This document shows, one piece after another, positions 12,240-26,062 of a DNA stretch of 64,000 bases. The stretch spans positions 62,001-126,000 of the forward strand of contig JAHLWZ010000406.1 in NCBI GenBank assembly GCA_020536535.1, written 5' to 3'. Each line of letters opens with the position of its first letter. Positions within the stretch are counted from its first letter, which is position 1. The stretch is from Pelomyxa schiedti (lineage: Eukaryota; Protista; Evosea). The notes under the pieces are model-generated. The model searched no databases. It saw only the letters and a program-made list of their open reading frames with translations, and had not been told where the DNA came from. The translations under genes and the position numbers were made by a program.

Positions 12240-15200
12240 ATGGTAGATGGTATGGACAAGCGGGGAATGTGGCCAAGGTCGTTGTGGCCACTGTGTGGGT
12301 GGGACTATTCGCAACCCACATTCTCAAGTGAGTGACGTTGGTGATTCGGACTGGCTTATTGTTTTCATTTGATTTGGTTTGTGGTGTAGAGCTAAGTTAT
12401 TTCAATGAAATAAACAGAGCATGGGTGAGACGGAAGGAGGACCGTGAACAACACACCAAACTCATATTGGAGAAACGTGACTCGAAGAGGGTATCTTACA
12501 CTACAACTGTTTTTTTTTCTTCTTAAAAAAAAAAACAACCCAATCTCGAAGGTAGTGACTGAAATCCGCCGGTTGATTCTCTCGCAACCAATTATTACAT
12601 CGCCAACTGACCCTGATGCTACTGACTCTTTGTGCAATTTGTCGAATTCCGCGTCTATGGATGACTCCCCAGATAGCACCTGGGAATTGCAAGATGAACT
12701 TTCCAAGTCATCCATATCTCTGTCTCTTTTTCATCCCTAACATTAAGAACAGGGATGCAGAGTTGATTAACTTTTCCTCATACTATTCTGCACCTTCACA
12801 ACTCCACACACATCCATGTGCATCATATCAACAGGGTTCGTATCAGCAGGTTGCATATCAACAGCTCGCTCATCCACAACCTGCGTACCCACAGCCTCCA
12901 TTTCCCCTATCCCCACTTCCCCCTGTCACAACAACTTCTGTGGGAACGGTGACAGCTAGTGCTCTCCATACAACAATACCTACTTTCATGCAAGCTCCAC
13001 TTACACACTCTACAACAACATCTTCTCCGCTCTCACCAAGACTAACCACTGCACCCCTGCCACACGCATTAACACCATCAGCACTTCCACCTCCAACTAC
13101 AACTATAACTACCACTCCACTGACTGCTCCTACTTCGTCAGTTTCAACTATGCCCTCTGCCCCCGCAAAACCAGATTTATCTCTTTACAGCCGATTTGGC
13201 GTGTATTATAATAATCACTACTACGATACTGCTCCCAATGAAGGTTGATAACAACCCAAAAAGCCTCTAAATCTAAATTCAGATGCATCTGCGTCTTTAC
13301 AGAGAGATCATGATGATACCTCTGATGAGGATGACTTGTTTTTTCACGGTATCTGCTCACTACAAACACCTCGAAAAAGATTAAGAACAGTTTTTTAGAA
13401 TCCGAATCTGAGAAATTAGCCCATATGGGAGATTGGAATTATCGGTTTCAAAAATGTATAGAACAAATGCGCAGCTTTCAAGCAAATAGTCCGCATCAAG
13501 TGAATATCCCTGTGAATAGAGAACTCATTAACCTGGTAATATTTAGTTAAAAAAAAAATTCTTACTTTTCCCACATAGGCACAAGATTTCTTATACACCT
13601 CCACAACATTTGGGAAAATCATCATTGCTGAGGTACTTTCCTTTCTTAGCTTCTTCTCTGCCAAGTACGTTTAAGCGATATATCTCTGAAGAAAGGAAAA
13701 CCATCAAGCCTGTTAAGCTAGGAGGAATTGCAGGAGGAGAGAAGTATATAGTTCATAATATCTTATTCAAATTTGCTATGGGTACTGTTTGCTTCCAGTT
13801 TTTTTGTAGTACTTTTTTTTTTTACCTTCATAATGTGTAGACCACAAGGGACTGTATGGTTCTGACGAAGCGGCAGCTAAAGCAGGAGGCAACTTTTCCT
13901 CTGGAAAATTTTCAGCATCAATACTATTCTAGGTCACGAACTGAAAGGAGTGACCGCCTACTTCAACAGTGGAATAAGAGGACTATGCCTACCTCTTATG
14001 GCTCTTGTGGATTACCGAGGTGCATGTTCAGCATGACAGAATGACAATTTTCTCATAAACAAAAGGTTTTCGTCTTATTGCCATGTCAATGCTTCCTATT
14101 AGCAAGGATACAATTTCTTATGGGTACACTTAACTTTTTATTTTGATTTATTTTTATTGTTCTCAGATCGAATGACTATGGGAGAACAATACATGCTGAT
14201 AATAAGCATCTGAACCTATTAGTACGAAATGCTGCGAAACAGATGAACATAAAGGCATTTAATTGCATTATTATTCTTCTCAATCTAAAGGAATAAGGGT
14301 CATGCCTGTGGCACAAAAGAATATCCCCAGTTTTTGTGGTCTCCTGCAGATCTTGAGGGCCATATTGGGAGTGTAGCCTTCCAATCTTTCCCCTTGTAGT
14401 ACCAATTTTATCTTTCAGGATGGCAGATTTTACCTTCTTGACTTTGCCCGAGTGATGCCACCTGAGGCACCAAAAGAAGGGTATGTGTAAAGTACAAGCT
14501 TTTTTTTTTGTTCTTATCAAGGTAGAATAAAAAATGCTCATTTATTCCGATTACTTCGACCTGAATTTGTCAAATCTTTTCATACTCCTCTATGCAGGTT
14601 TTTTAATGCCACCACTGGACCTCTAACTCAAAATCGCAGTGATGCTTTTTCGTCCTTTGTCCAGCATCATAAGCACCAAAAGCACAATACTGAAATTGTG
14701 GAAGCAACAGTATTTCTAAAGGAAGTAGTGATCCCTCGCTTTGCAGAAGAGTTAAGCATGTCTGTCTCACAATTCTTGTCGTCAGGTTATCTATTTTCTG
14801 GATAGTATTACACGTAACAATTTCTGCAGGGCAAAGTTTGTACCAATTCAGACTCACTGAGGCAATGCACCGAAGAGGAATAAATATGAGATTCACGGAC
14901 CTTGTTCGTATGCATGCAACTGGTACAGATTGTAAGACCTTGTTGTTTGTTGAGATGGTTGCAAGAGTAATAAAGGCAAGAATAGGCTTCCAAATGAATT
15001 TTTCTCAATTTTGATATAGAACAACATTCGTGCCAAACTGAGACAAGTGATGGAGCGCCTCAAACTACCCTTAGAAGAGCCATATCGGCGAGTAATTGTC
15101 GACTACATGAACTTAGTACTTGGAAGTTCAGAAGAGAGCGCCGAATTCTGGCACCCACCACCAAAAACTGAAAGTTTACGTAAGTTTGAGCTCTGGCACA

Positions 15201-16479
15201 TACCATTGAAGACTGAGTTACTACGCAAATTTGAGTTTGCACTGACTCGGGAGGAGGAAGACCAGGACTTAAGGTTTATTATTCAATTGTTCATCGATCC
15301 TTACGCATAAAAAGAACGTTACTAAGTAACTTCTCGTCTGTGTGGATGGATGGTATTTCTCACCCTGAAAACACAAGGCTAACTGCTCCTAGGGAAAGTT
15401 TTACTCTTCCAACGAATCCAAAAAATGACTGGTTTAAAATTTACCAAAAGTAAGTATTGAGATGGTCAAAACAAGATGTGAAACTTTACAGGGGTGAACG
15501 AGGAATTCGAGCAACATCCAAACCAGTGGTTACTGAGAGGTGACTCTCCAATGGATATTTCTGATTTGGAAGAGATAGGACAACATGTGAAGCATATGAA
15601 TATTATCTCCTATGCCCAGGGGTATCTATTTAAACATCAGGGCAGCTTACTTTTTGCAACTGATCCACTTGCTGGTACAATTGCTTGCGCTCAATCATTC
15701 GGTAACAGTTCTTCCAGCTCAACGATTTTTTTCCATGTCTATGGCCAAATTTGAGGAATCGCTTGACACTGACCCAAGCAATGCAGCAACTTTGTGTAAC
15801 TATGGTCAGTGCACCTTTTCTTCGATAAGGAAATGCTCAAAATTTTTTTAGGAGATGTCCTCAGCCTCAGTATTGAAGGAGAAGCTAAGCACTTGTCCTC
15901 TATAAGATACACTCTCAGCAACCCCAAGGTTCAGCAAGCCAGATCCTATTATAAGCGTGCCATAAAGTACTTCCACTCCCCCAAAGGAATCTCACTTAAC
16001 GTCAAATAAGGTTGAAACCAAATGACTCTCACTTCCTCTTCCGATATGCACAATTCTACGAGAAATGTGACAAACCTCTACGTGCTGAGCAGCTTTACCT
16101 GAAGTCCCTGAAAGCAAATCCCAACAACTTCGCGTGCTTACAAGAGGCATGCACCCACTTGTTTTTCTACTCACTAACCACTCACTTGCAGTACGGCAAT
16201 TTTCTCACTGAGCAAGGTGAACCCGATGTAGCCGAGCTTTTCTTCAAACGGTGTTCCATGTGCTCCTCGGAAGCCACCCCTGCTGCACCCACAAGTTCAA
16301 CTACAAACACACCAACCCCCTCGTCATTAACAGAAGCCCCTGAGGATATCACAACCACAACTACTACAACATCCACGACCAATTCAGAGGATTATGTGCC
16401 TCTGGACAAGGAGAAAGAGAAAGAGGAAAAGGAAACCACAAAAGATGAAGAACCAGAAGGTGGACCACAACAATCATAA
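12240..16479 (+). CDS. CLU-domain protein (amoebozoan type) with C-terminal TPRs
   Basis: Spliced motifs GGIAGGEKYIVHNILFKFA, AAAKAGGHELKG, PLMALVDYRGFRLIAMSMLP, DLEGHIG, DGRFYLLDFARVMPPE, RLLRPEFV, HRRGINMR and EMVARVIKN. TPR-like AEQLYLKSLKANPNN. Start is approximate. Confidence 0.85.
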
Positions 16480-16597
16480 AAAGTTTCTTTTATTGTCCAA
16501 CTGGTTTGTGTGCAAGTGGAAAGTTGTCTCTATTGTGGCCTGGTGTTTGGTTTTTCTTGTTTTGGGAGGCACTTTCTTTTGAGAGGAAGGGTTTTGA

Positions 16598-16664
16598 GGT
16601 GCTAAGACATCAACCACATTGCGTCACTAGTGTGTTATTTGCAATGCGGAATCACAGTAGCCCC
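16598..16664 (-). promoter_or_regulatory. SECIS element (type II, GUGA...AAA...GA) in the 3' UTR of the DsbA/FrnE selenoprotein gene
   Basis: Minus-strand RNA: GGGGCUA-CU-GUGAU-UCCGCAUUGC-AAA-UAA-CAC-ACUA-GUG-AC-GCAAUGUGGU-UGAU-GUCU-UAGCACC. It has a non-Watson-Crick quartet (UGAN/NGAN), 9 contiguous pairs in helix II, unpaired AAA, an apical mini-helix and helix I GCUA/UAGC. Confidence 0.87.
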
Positions 16665-16721
16665 AAAATATTCCCCTCACAAATAGAGTGTCCAAAGCAG
16701 GAAAGAAAACCGGCACAATGG

Positions 16722-17687
16722 TTAGAACACTGTTTCCAATGCTTCAACAAAATCCTGTGGAGAGCAGGCACCAGATAACTCGAGCTTCCCGCGGCCAGAA
16801 AGAATGAAATGTGGAACACCATGAATTCCTTTTGATACCTTGGTAAAAAAAAACAGAAATTTGGGAAGAATGAACCTCTTCGAGAAGCCTCATGGCTCAA
16901 CTGCAATATGGTATCATAGTCATCATGGGAGAGCAGGTAGTTGCGGATTGCAGTAGCATCTTCGCCCAAAGCAACAGCAACACTCACCAAAGTTTCAATG
17001 TCTCCAACATTAGCCCCTTGCTGTTGTATTCAGTAAGATATCGGCATTATGAGCTGGTTACCTCATAATTCTTCTGGAACAAATGTGAGTAGGCTTGCGT
17101 TCTCTTTTCCTTTGGCAAGTGATACACTAGGCGATGTGCATTAATCTGAGGTGCGTAACCACACATCGAAGCGTAATGGAAATGAATTAAAGAGGCCATA
17201 CAGTGTTTGGAACATAGAGCCAACTAGCGAATGGCAGTCCGTCCTGAGCTCTGCCAATATTATAAACGGGGTGCTGCTCATGTTTTGTCCACCCTTTATA
17301 AGCACTGAAAATAAAGTCATGCGTGCAGAGTCGAAAAAAACAGACCAAACGACAATAGTAGGTAATTCCGGTGCACATAATGCACATATACATAAAGTGG
17401 GAAAAACACACTTGTAGAAAGTAGCCCAGTCTTGCCCCAGAGGCGGTAAATCCGGCCTCAGAACAAACGGAGCCCATTCGACCTGCACTTGTGCTGTGGG
17501 ATGCGCTTCCTTGAACAAACCTATTCCTTTGTTCATGCGCGCCTGCGTGTTTGCCAGCTGAGTTGAACAAACAAAACAGAGGTGGAATAGGAAACGGGAT
17601 AAAAAAAATATGTACCTCTCCCACGTAACACCAAGGTCAAATTACATCCGAGTACACCAGTATCTTCACCGTACCAACCGACGACAT
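16722..17687 (-). CDS. DsbA/FrnE-family thioredoxin-fold oxidoreductase, selenoprotein (UxxC)
   Basis: MSSVGTVKILVYSDVI-TGA-PWCYVGE|ARMNKGIGLF...VEWAPFVLRPDLP...GIHGVPHFIL...LSGACSPQDFVEALETVF*. The TGA (17639-17637) replaces the first Cys of the family's CPWC motif, and the cis-Pro GVP motif is intact. Confidence 0.92.
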
Positions 17688-17782
17688 GCTCCCCTTCTTT
17701 ACGTTTCAATTCGCGGTATTTTTTTTTTTCGCCAACACCGAAAACAGGTCTTCGCGGAGCTTGCGCGTGCCGATTGATTCTA

Positions 17783-20605
17783 ATGCAGAGTCCCACGCCG
17801 GAGGAGCCACCCACCGTCGTCGTTGATCCCAGTGCGAGATCCACTTCGTCGTCCGCGTGTATTGTCGCGTCGCCTGCCGTTGCAACAGAAACAACAACAG
17901 CATCAGCAGCGTCGGCATCGCGTGTCCGCTACGAAACAACCAACAGCAGCAGTTGTAGCATTAGTTGTGCTTGTGCCAGCAGTACAACCAATTCCCCCGG
18001 GGGCACCACTACAACCACAACCACCTCAACCGCCAGTGCTGCCACGGACACGGCGGCGAGGAGGAGGAGCTGCGCGTCCATAGGAGGCGACGTAGCCAGC
18101 AGGAGCACAACCACAGGCTCAACTGCCAGTGCCAGTGGGAGCGGGGGCGTGGAGACGGACGACGGCGGGGAGGAGGGGGAGGAGGAGGAAGAGGAGGAAG
18201 GAGAGCGAGAGCGAGAGGGAGAGGGAGAGGGAGAAGGAGAAGGGGAGGCGGTATTGCCGCTGGCCACAATCCCCATGGGGGTGACAGTCACTTACCATTG
18301 GATGGTGGATGTGCGTGAGAATGAGAATGGGAATGGAGATGGGAATGGGAATGGGAATGGGAATGGGAATGGAGATGGGCAGGTGGCCCCGAGGGCTGAT
18401 GCTGATGCTGCGGTTGTGGCTATTATTGGTATACCGGAAAACTCCCATAATGCCAACTTGGCCAAACCGCTTGGAATACTTTTTATTTAATTTTGTTGCT
18501 GCTGCTGTTGTTATTATTATTATTAGGTAACCTGTAAACAAAGAAACAATGCAGCGGAACAGTGTTATTGGCTTGGATTTGGAGTGGAGCACAACCTCTG
18601 GTGCATCCACTATTGGTAAGAAGTTTTCTTCAATACCTACTTCAGGTAACATAATTGCTGCAGCCACTATTCAGCTCTGTGGCGATTGCCACTGCCTTGT
18701 ATTGGGGGTTGAAACCCTTCATGTTTTACCGGTTTCATTGATAAATCTATTACAAAGTGAAAGGTTTTTTATACATTTTTCTTCTTTGTCAGTGTTCTAA
18801 CTTACACAGTGTCATTAAAGTCGGTGTTGGAATACATGGAGATGTCAAACGATTGTGGGGGAAATTTCAGGTTGGAGATGCAGGAAATTGCATTATTCAC
18901 ACCTCTCAGGTAGCCACCCACCCTTGCGTTGACTTGCAGCTTGTTGCTGTGCATTGTTTGACTGAGAGTGAGCTTATTGGAACCAGTTTAAAGAGTCTAA
19001 CACGATCTATTCTTGGAGTAGATTTACTTAAAGACCGAGCCATAAGGCCTCACTTCTCTTAATTTTCCACTTGACTCACTCTCACAGGTGTGGTAATTGG
19101 GCAACAGAAGCACTTTCCCAGCAACAAATCACTTACGCCGCCACTGATGCTTGGGTGAGTCTTCTCCTTGCTAGTACTGCTTATTTTATTCACTCTAGGT
19201 ATCAAGAGAACTTTTGTTTCGTCTTTTTAGCAATTACAAACAACCTGAGGAGGATATCTTCCACTTTTGTCTACGTTATGCTGGCATGGCCCCTCCAAAG
19301 TTATTGAATTGTTCAAAAACGTTAAAAAAGGTTTTCCTATACTTCTGCTGTATGTATTACTTACCTCGTATAGGCACATTTCACACTTCCAACACCTGGG
19401 GTATGAATTACAAGAAAACCGCTTTATCTCACTCTACCCAGGATAGCCCTAGTGCCTCAAAAAAACAGTTAGCATTTAAGAAGGTTTGTAAATTGCTGGC
19501 AAGTACTGGAGACTTTCTCTGCTACTGTGATGAAAAACGTCTTCATTGGTATCAATCTCGTGGCCTTGCAGGTTTTTCAACTGCATTTCCAAACCTATAA
19601 ATGACCTCCTTGTGTTATGAAGTCCTTGTCTCCAACGAACCTTTGACAGCACAACTCACTTTTAGCCAAACAGCTCGTTTCCCTGAAAACGAACTGTTTT
19701 TCATTTGGACCAAAGAAGCCCAGTTAATAACAATCATAGTATCTAAGCTTCGTATGTATTAGGTTATAACCTTTGTTAGTTGTGCTGTCTGTGGGAAAAC
19801 CGAGTATCTGAGCCGATATAATATTGTCCCACCTAAGTACAGAAAGCAAATCCCCAAAGAATTTAAAGTAGAAATCAAACCAATCCGTATCTCCAATAAT
19901 CCTAAAAATTAGGATGATCATACACCGAATATTGTATTGTTATGCAGTTTGTGCCATAACAGAGCCATAGAGGTGTTTAGTTGGTTGCATCCTCTTAATT
20001 TTACAAGCCCAGGGTTTGAACAAACTTGATCGCGAACTCGAAAAGGAGACTGGCTTACCTTTGAGTGCAGTTTCCAATCAGAAGTACATTGAAGGATTGC
20101 GGAATGTAACAATGTCATGTTATAGGCATGCCAAACTTAAACGGTTTAACTAGACCCAAAAAGCAGCACATGCCCTGAAACTATACAGTGACGTGATGAG
20201 CTCCGAGGTCAGTATTTAACTCAAATGACAAAACAACCTGAACCACTGGGGGAAAACAAAAAAAATAAAAAAAGAAAAGGAACCAATTCCATGCAGTGGT
20301 TTCAGAATTCCTTGGGAAGCCTCATGATGAAACTCTCACACGAGAAGACCTTGACAAGACACTACACCAAATTGAATCCCAACTGCACGAGGCGAGCACT
20401 GCAAAGGCCACCCTTACCAGTTTTACTTCTAGAGAACAGTTTGAGCAGTTTTGCCAAAGGTGTGCCGTTTCATTTCGTTTTACTTCTGGTCACCAACTTT
20501 GGAATATCCAGATGGCGGCAGAACTTTGTAGATACCATGAATCCCCAACACCTACCAAGCTACTGGAACCTGTGTTCCATAGTACCGGAAGCCAAAAGTA
20601 GCTAG
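17783..20605 (+). CDS. EXD2: Exonuclease 3'-5' domain-containing protein 2 (DEDDy/WRN-type exonuclease + C-terminal HNH-like region) with long low-complexity N-terminus
   Basis: IGLDLEW, KVGVGIHGDV, SLKSLTRSILG, IRCGNW...QITYAATDAW, CDEKRLHWYQSRGLA, CAVCG...NIVP...IVLLCSLCH and RWRQNFVDTMNPQHLPSYW all match the EXD2 layout. Confidence 0.88.
18160..18378 (+). repeat. Coding microsatellite-like tracts (GAG)n, (GAGGGA)n and (AATGGG)n in EXD2 exon 1
   Basis: Encode EEEEEE, EREREGEGEGEGEGE and NGNGNGNGNG. Confidence 0.8.
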
Positions 20606-20791
20606 CCAACCAAAAGGAAACGTAATAAAAACAGGAAACAACAAAGTAAATCAACAAAAAGTCAGAGTTCTTTCTTGCTTGTATGTATACATCGAGGTGG
20701 GAAATCCCCACCAGGTTTATAATGATGAATTGTTACAATCCGTGTGAGTGCATGATCAGAACCCAAAATAACTCTAACTTGTTCTCTGGTC

Positions 20792-23079
<2,288 letters not shown>

Positions 23080-23190
23080 TTTTGTTTTCCTTTCTTTCGT
23101 GCACCTTCTGGTATTTGATTTCCTATTTTTTCTCCGATACGTAATTTACATAAAGAAAGAGATCCAAGGCACCAGCTTTTGATTTGATTG

Positions 23191-23481
23191 ATGTCGCAGA
23201 GCACCAGCGCGCACCAAGTTGGGGGCAACGGCTCCGCTGCAGGCACCCAACCTGGAACAGTGGGTGGCCAGCCCAAGTTGGAACAGGAAGACAAGGGTAT
23301 CCCCGTGATTGTTAAACAAGTCGTAAATAAACTCACTGTACAACTCGTTGTTGGTGACTTCTCTCTAGGAGAAGGAAGTACCCCTCCTCTGCCAGAAAAA
23401 TACTTTGGCTACGACTACGATACACTGTTAAGAATGCACGTCGATGAAAATTTTGGGCTAGGTGGGTCTAACTGGAGTTGA
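23191..23481 (+). CDS. Small intronless hypothetical protein (96 aa) with weak UMA-domain-like pattern
   Basis: ATG-initiated ORF with protein-like composition, head-to-head with the kinase; contains GIPVIV...GDFSL...GYDY. Confidence 0.4.
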   Translation: MSQSTSAHQVGGNGSAAGTQPGTVGGQPKLEQEDKGIPVIVKQVVNKLTVQLVVGDFSLGEGSTPPLPEKYFGYDYDTLLRMHVDENFGLGGSNWS

Positions 23482-23679
23482 CCGTTGAAGGCGATCAAAA
23501 TGCCAAAATAGAACCCACGTGTTTTTCATCACATTAGGGGAAGATAAATTTCGGAGGCCGAAGGGACGTTCCCCTAACCGCCTGAGCCTTTAAAATGCGG
23601 TTGGTGACCAAACGGCACAAATAAAAAAAAAAAAAAAAACCTCAAAGCAGTAGTTGGTTGATACATCTCAACAACAACA

Positions 23680-24073
23680 ATGTCTCTCACAGCCGAAGAA
23701 ACCGCCAAGTTCAAGAAATGGTTCGAGACGTATGTTTCTAGAAACTTTTTTTTTTCCCGCCGCTGTGTCAACCAACAATAACCAATAGAGCCGATGTTGA
23801 CCACAACGGACTCTTGACCCCTGAGGAACTCTCTACTGCCCTCACCCTTATCATTGGCGACAACATCCCCGCCTCAGCCCTTAAGCCAGTTACTTTCCCT
23901 CCCCTCTTTTCTCCCAATCAATCTCACCCGTCACATAGTTCATTGACCCAATTGACACCAACCACGACGGAATGATCGATTGGGCTGAATTCTCCACCGC
24001 CATCACTGAAATGAAGGCTGGCGTTCGCACAGGACCCCTTGCTCAGCGCATTAAGCCAAAACTCGGCTGGTAA
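23680..24073 (+). CDS. Small two-EF-hand calcium-binding protein (3 exons); missed by the ORF track
   Basis: MSLTAEETAKFKKWFET|ADVDHNGLLTPEELST...|FIDPIDTNHDGMIDWAEFST...KPKLGW*, with two canonical EF loops. Confidence 0.88.
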
Positions 24074-24221
24074 AATAGCCATTGTGTGCTTTTTGGGAAA
24101 GAAAAAACCTCCTTCTGTTGGGGGTTTTTTTTTTTTAAAAAAAAAAGAGAAAATTTTGCATCGCTTTGTTTGTTTCCACACAGAAGCTCTCCTCCTTTTT
24201 ACCCACAGAGTTACTGTTAAA

Positions 24222-26007
24222 ATGAAGCTTTGGTTGTTTGCTTGTTTACTTTCTCTTGCTGGGGCATTTACTGTGCCCCAATTCCGACCAACTCTTTCCC
24301 ACAAGTCACGTGGTGTTCCTGTTGTTGGCGATTTATTCTGGTACCAGTGGGGCTGTGTGCCTTCCCCTCTTTCTGTTGGAGTAGTACCTATACTTTATTA
24401 TTCTCCTTTCGACTTGTATTTCGAACTGGCTCATATATGCCACAAAATAGATGTTAATGCTAGGGATGCTCCCTACAATGCCACTGGTGATGGTGCCTCA
24501 GATGACACTGCGGCGATTCAAAGTGCGCTGAATTCAGTCGGCGCCTCTGGTGGTGGGATTGTGTTCTTGCCTGCTGGAAATTATGCCATCTATTCTCACC
24601 TGACCATCCCACCAGGTACTACATTGCTTTCCATCTCACAATGATTTTTGTGTTAAACTATGCAGATACTACTCTGAAGGGTGTTGCTTCTGCACCATCA
24701 CGGTATTCTTTATAATTGAGATTTCTTTCATTAATTCACTCATTGTTAAGCTCTTGTGGAACCCTCACCGAAGTGCATGGTACAACACTATTTGCCTATG
24801 AAGGGAAAGGCTCTGATGCCGGAACTCCCTTTATTTTCCTTCAAGGTTCTAATTCTGGAGTTGAAGGATTTAGCGTGAGTAGAGCTTCAAACACTCGCTG
24901 CTTCCTTATGGCATTGCAGATTTTTTATCCCGAGCAGATTGAAGCAAATCCTCCTTATTCGTATCCCTGGACAATAGGTACAATGCTAAAGATGTTGTTG
25001 TCCATCACAATGTAAAAGGTGGCTCGGGAGATGACTTATCTGTACAAAATATGCTACTTTTGAATTCCTATCAAGGAATCGACTTCGCCACAAATCCCTG
25101 TGGTCGCCATTGGATACGGGCTGTGTAAGTTTGATATTTTTCCTCCATCTCTGAACAAGACAGGTATGGCCAACCACTTAAGACTGGAATAGTTGTGGAC
25201 CAATGCTATGACATTGGCCGTATTATGGACATCCACTTCTGGCCTTTTTGGTCCATGAGTGATGCCATTTTTAAATATCAGCATGATAACGCTGTTACCT
25301 TTGCCTTCTACCGCACAGACTGGGAGGAAAATCCCTCTTTCTTTCATGCATACCATTCTTATTTTTTTATTTACAATAGGTCGTGGAGGATGTATTTTCC
25401 TGGGGCTATAATATTGGAATGCAATTTGCTCAAAGCGCAAATGGAGCCTGCAATGGGCAGTTCACTGATATAAACTTTGATGATGTGGATATTGGACTCG
25501 ATATTCAAACCACACAGGAACCCGGTATTATTTTCGATAACTTGAACCTGGCAAATGCAGGAGATGGAAGCCATAAAATTGGTGTGTGGGGTCACAATGG
25601 AGATAGTAGCGTAGTAATCCGTGGAGCCAGTGTGAGTTTCTCACCAAGTTTTTGATTTCTGAAGTATTTACAACCTCCAAGGTATGGGGAGTGTTCAATC
25701 AGTTTGTTCTTTGGCAATCAGCAGGTCATATTTTGGTATCTGCATCCCTCATTAACAGCTGGAACTCTGCTTATCCGGCCATTCAAATTGATTCTGGTAC
25801 TTCTAAATTTTTGTTACAGGTAGAGATATTCACACCATTTATGCAGGACGTGCAATGATACAAGGAAACTACTTTCATGATGTAGTAGGTACAGCCATAA
25901 AAATAGGGTCTGGTACTGATAGAGTTATGGTGACTGACAACGAGCTGGTTGGCAACTCAGTATCCAATAGCGGTACTCTTGTTCTAATGGCTGACAATCA
26001 CAACTAA
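24222..26007 (+). CDS. Secreted right-handed beta-helix protein (Pectate_lyase_3/GH28-related fold), putative polysaccharide-degrading enzyme
   Basis: Signal peptide MKLWLFACLLSLAGA, then YNATGDGASDDTAAIQSALN...GGGIVFLPAGNY, YGQPLKTGIVVDQCYDIGRIMDIHFWPFW and RTDWE. Confidence 0.85.
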
Positions 26008-26062
26008 AACCAAATACCCACATGGAGCATGTACTTTGAATGATTGCAAAAAAAAAATTTTT

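Noticed and set aside
17637-17639. In-frame TGA as a genetic-code change (UGA=Trp/Cys) or a pseudogene lesion
   Set aside because: TGA is an ordinary stop in other genes here (Tom40, MST kinase, RING, bZIP), and Trp/Cys use standard codons. Its position at the catalytic Cys plus a SECIS favours selenocysteine.
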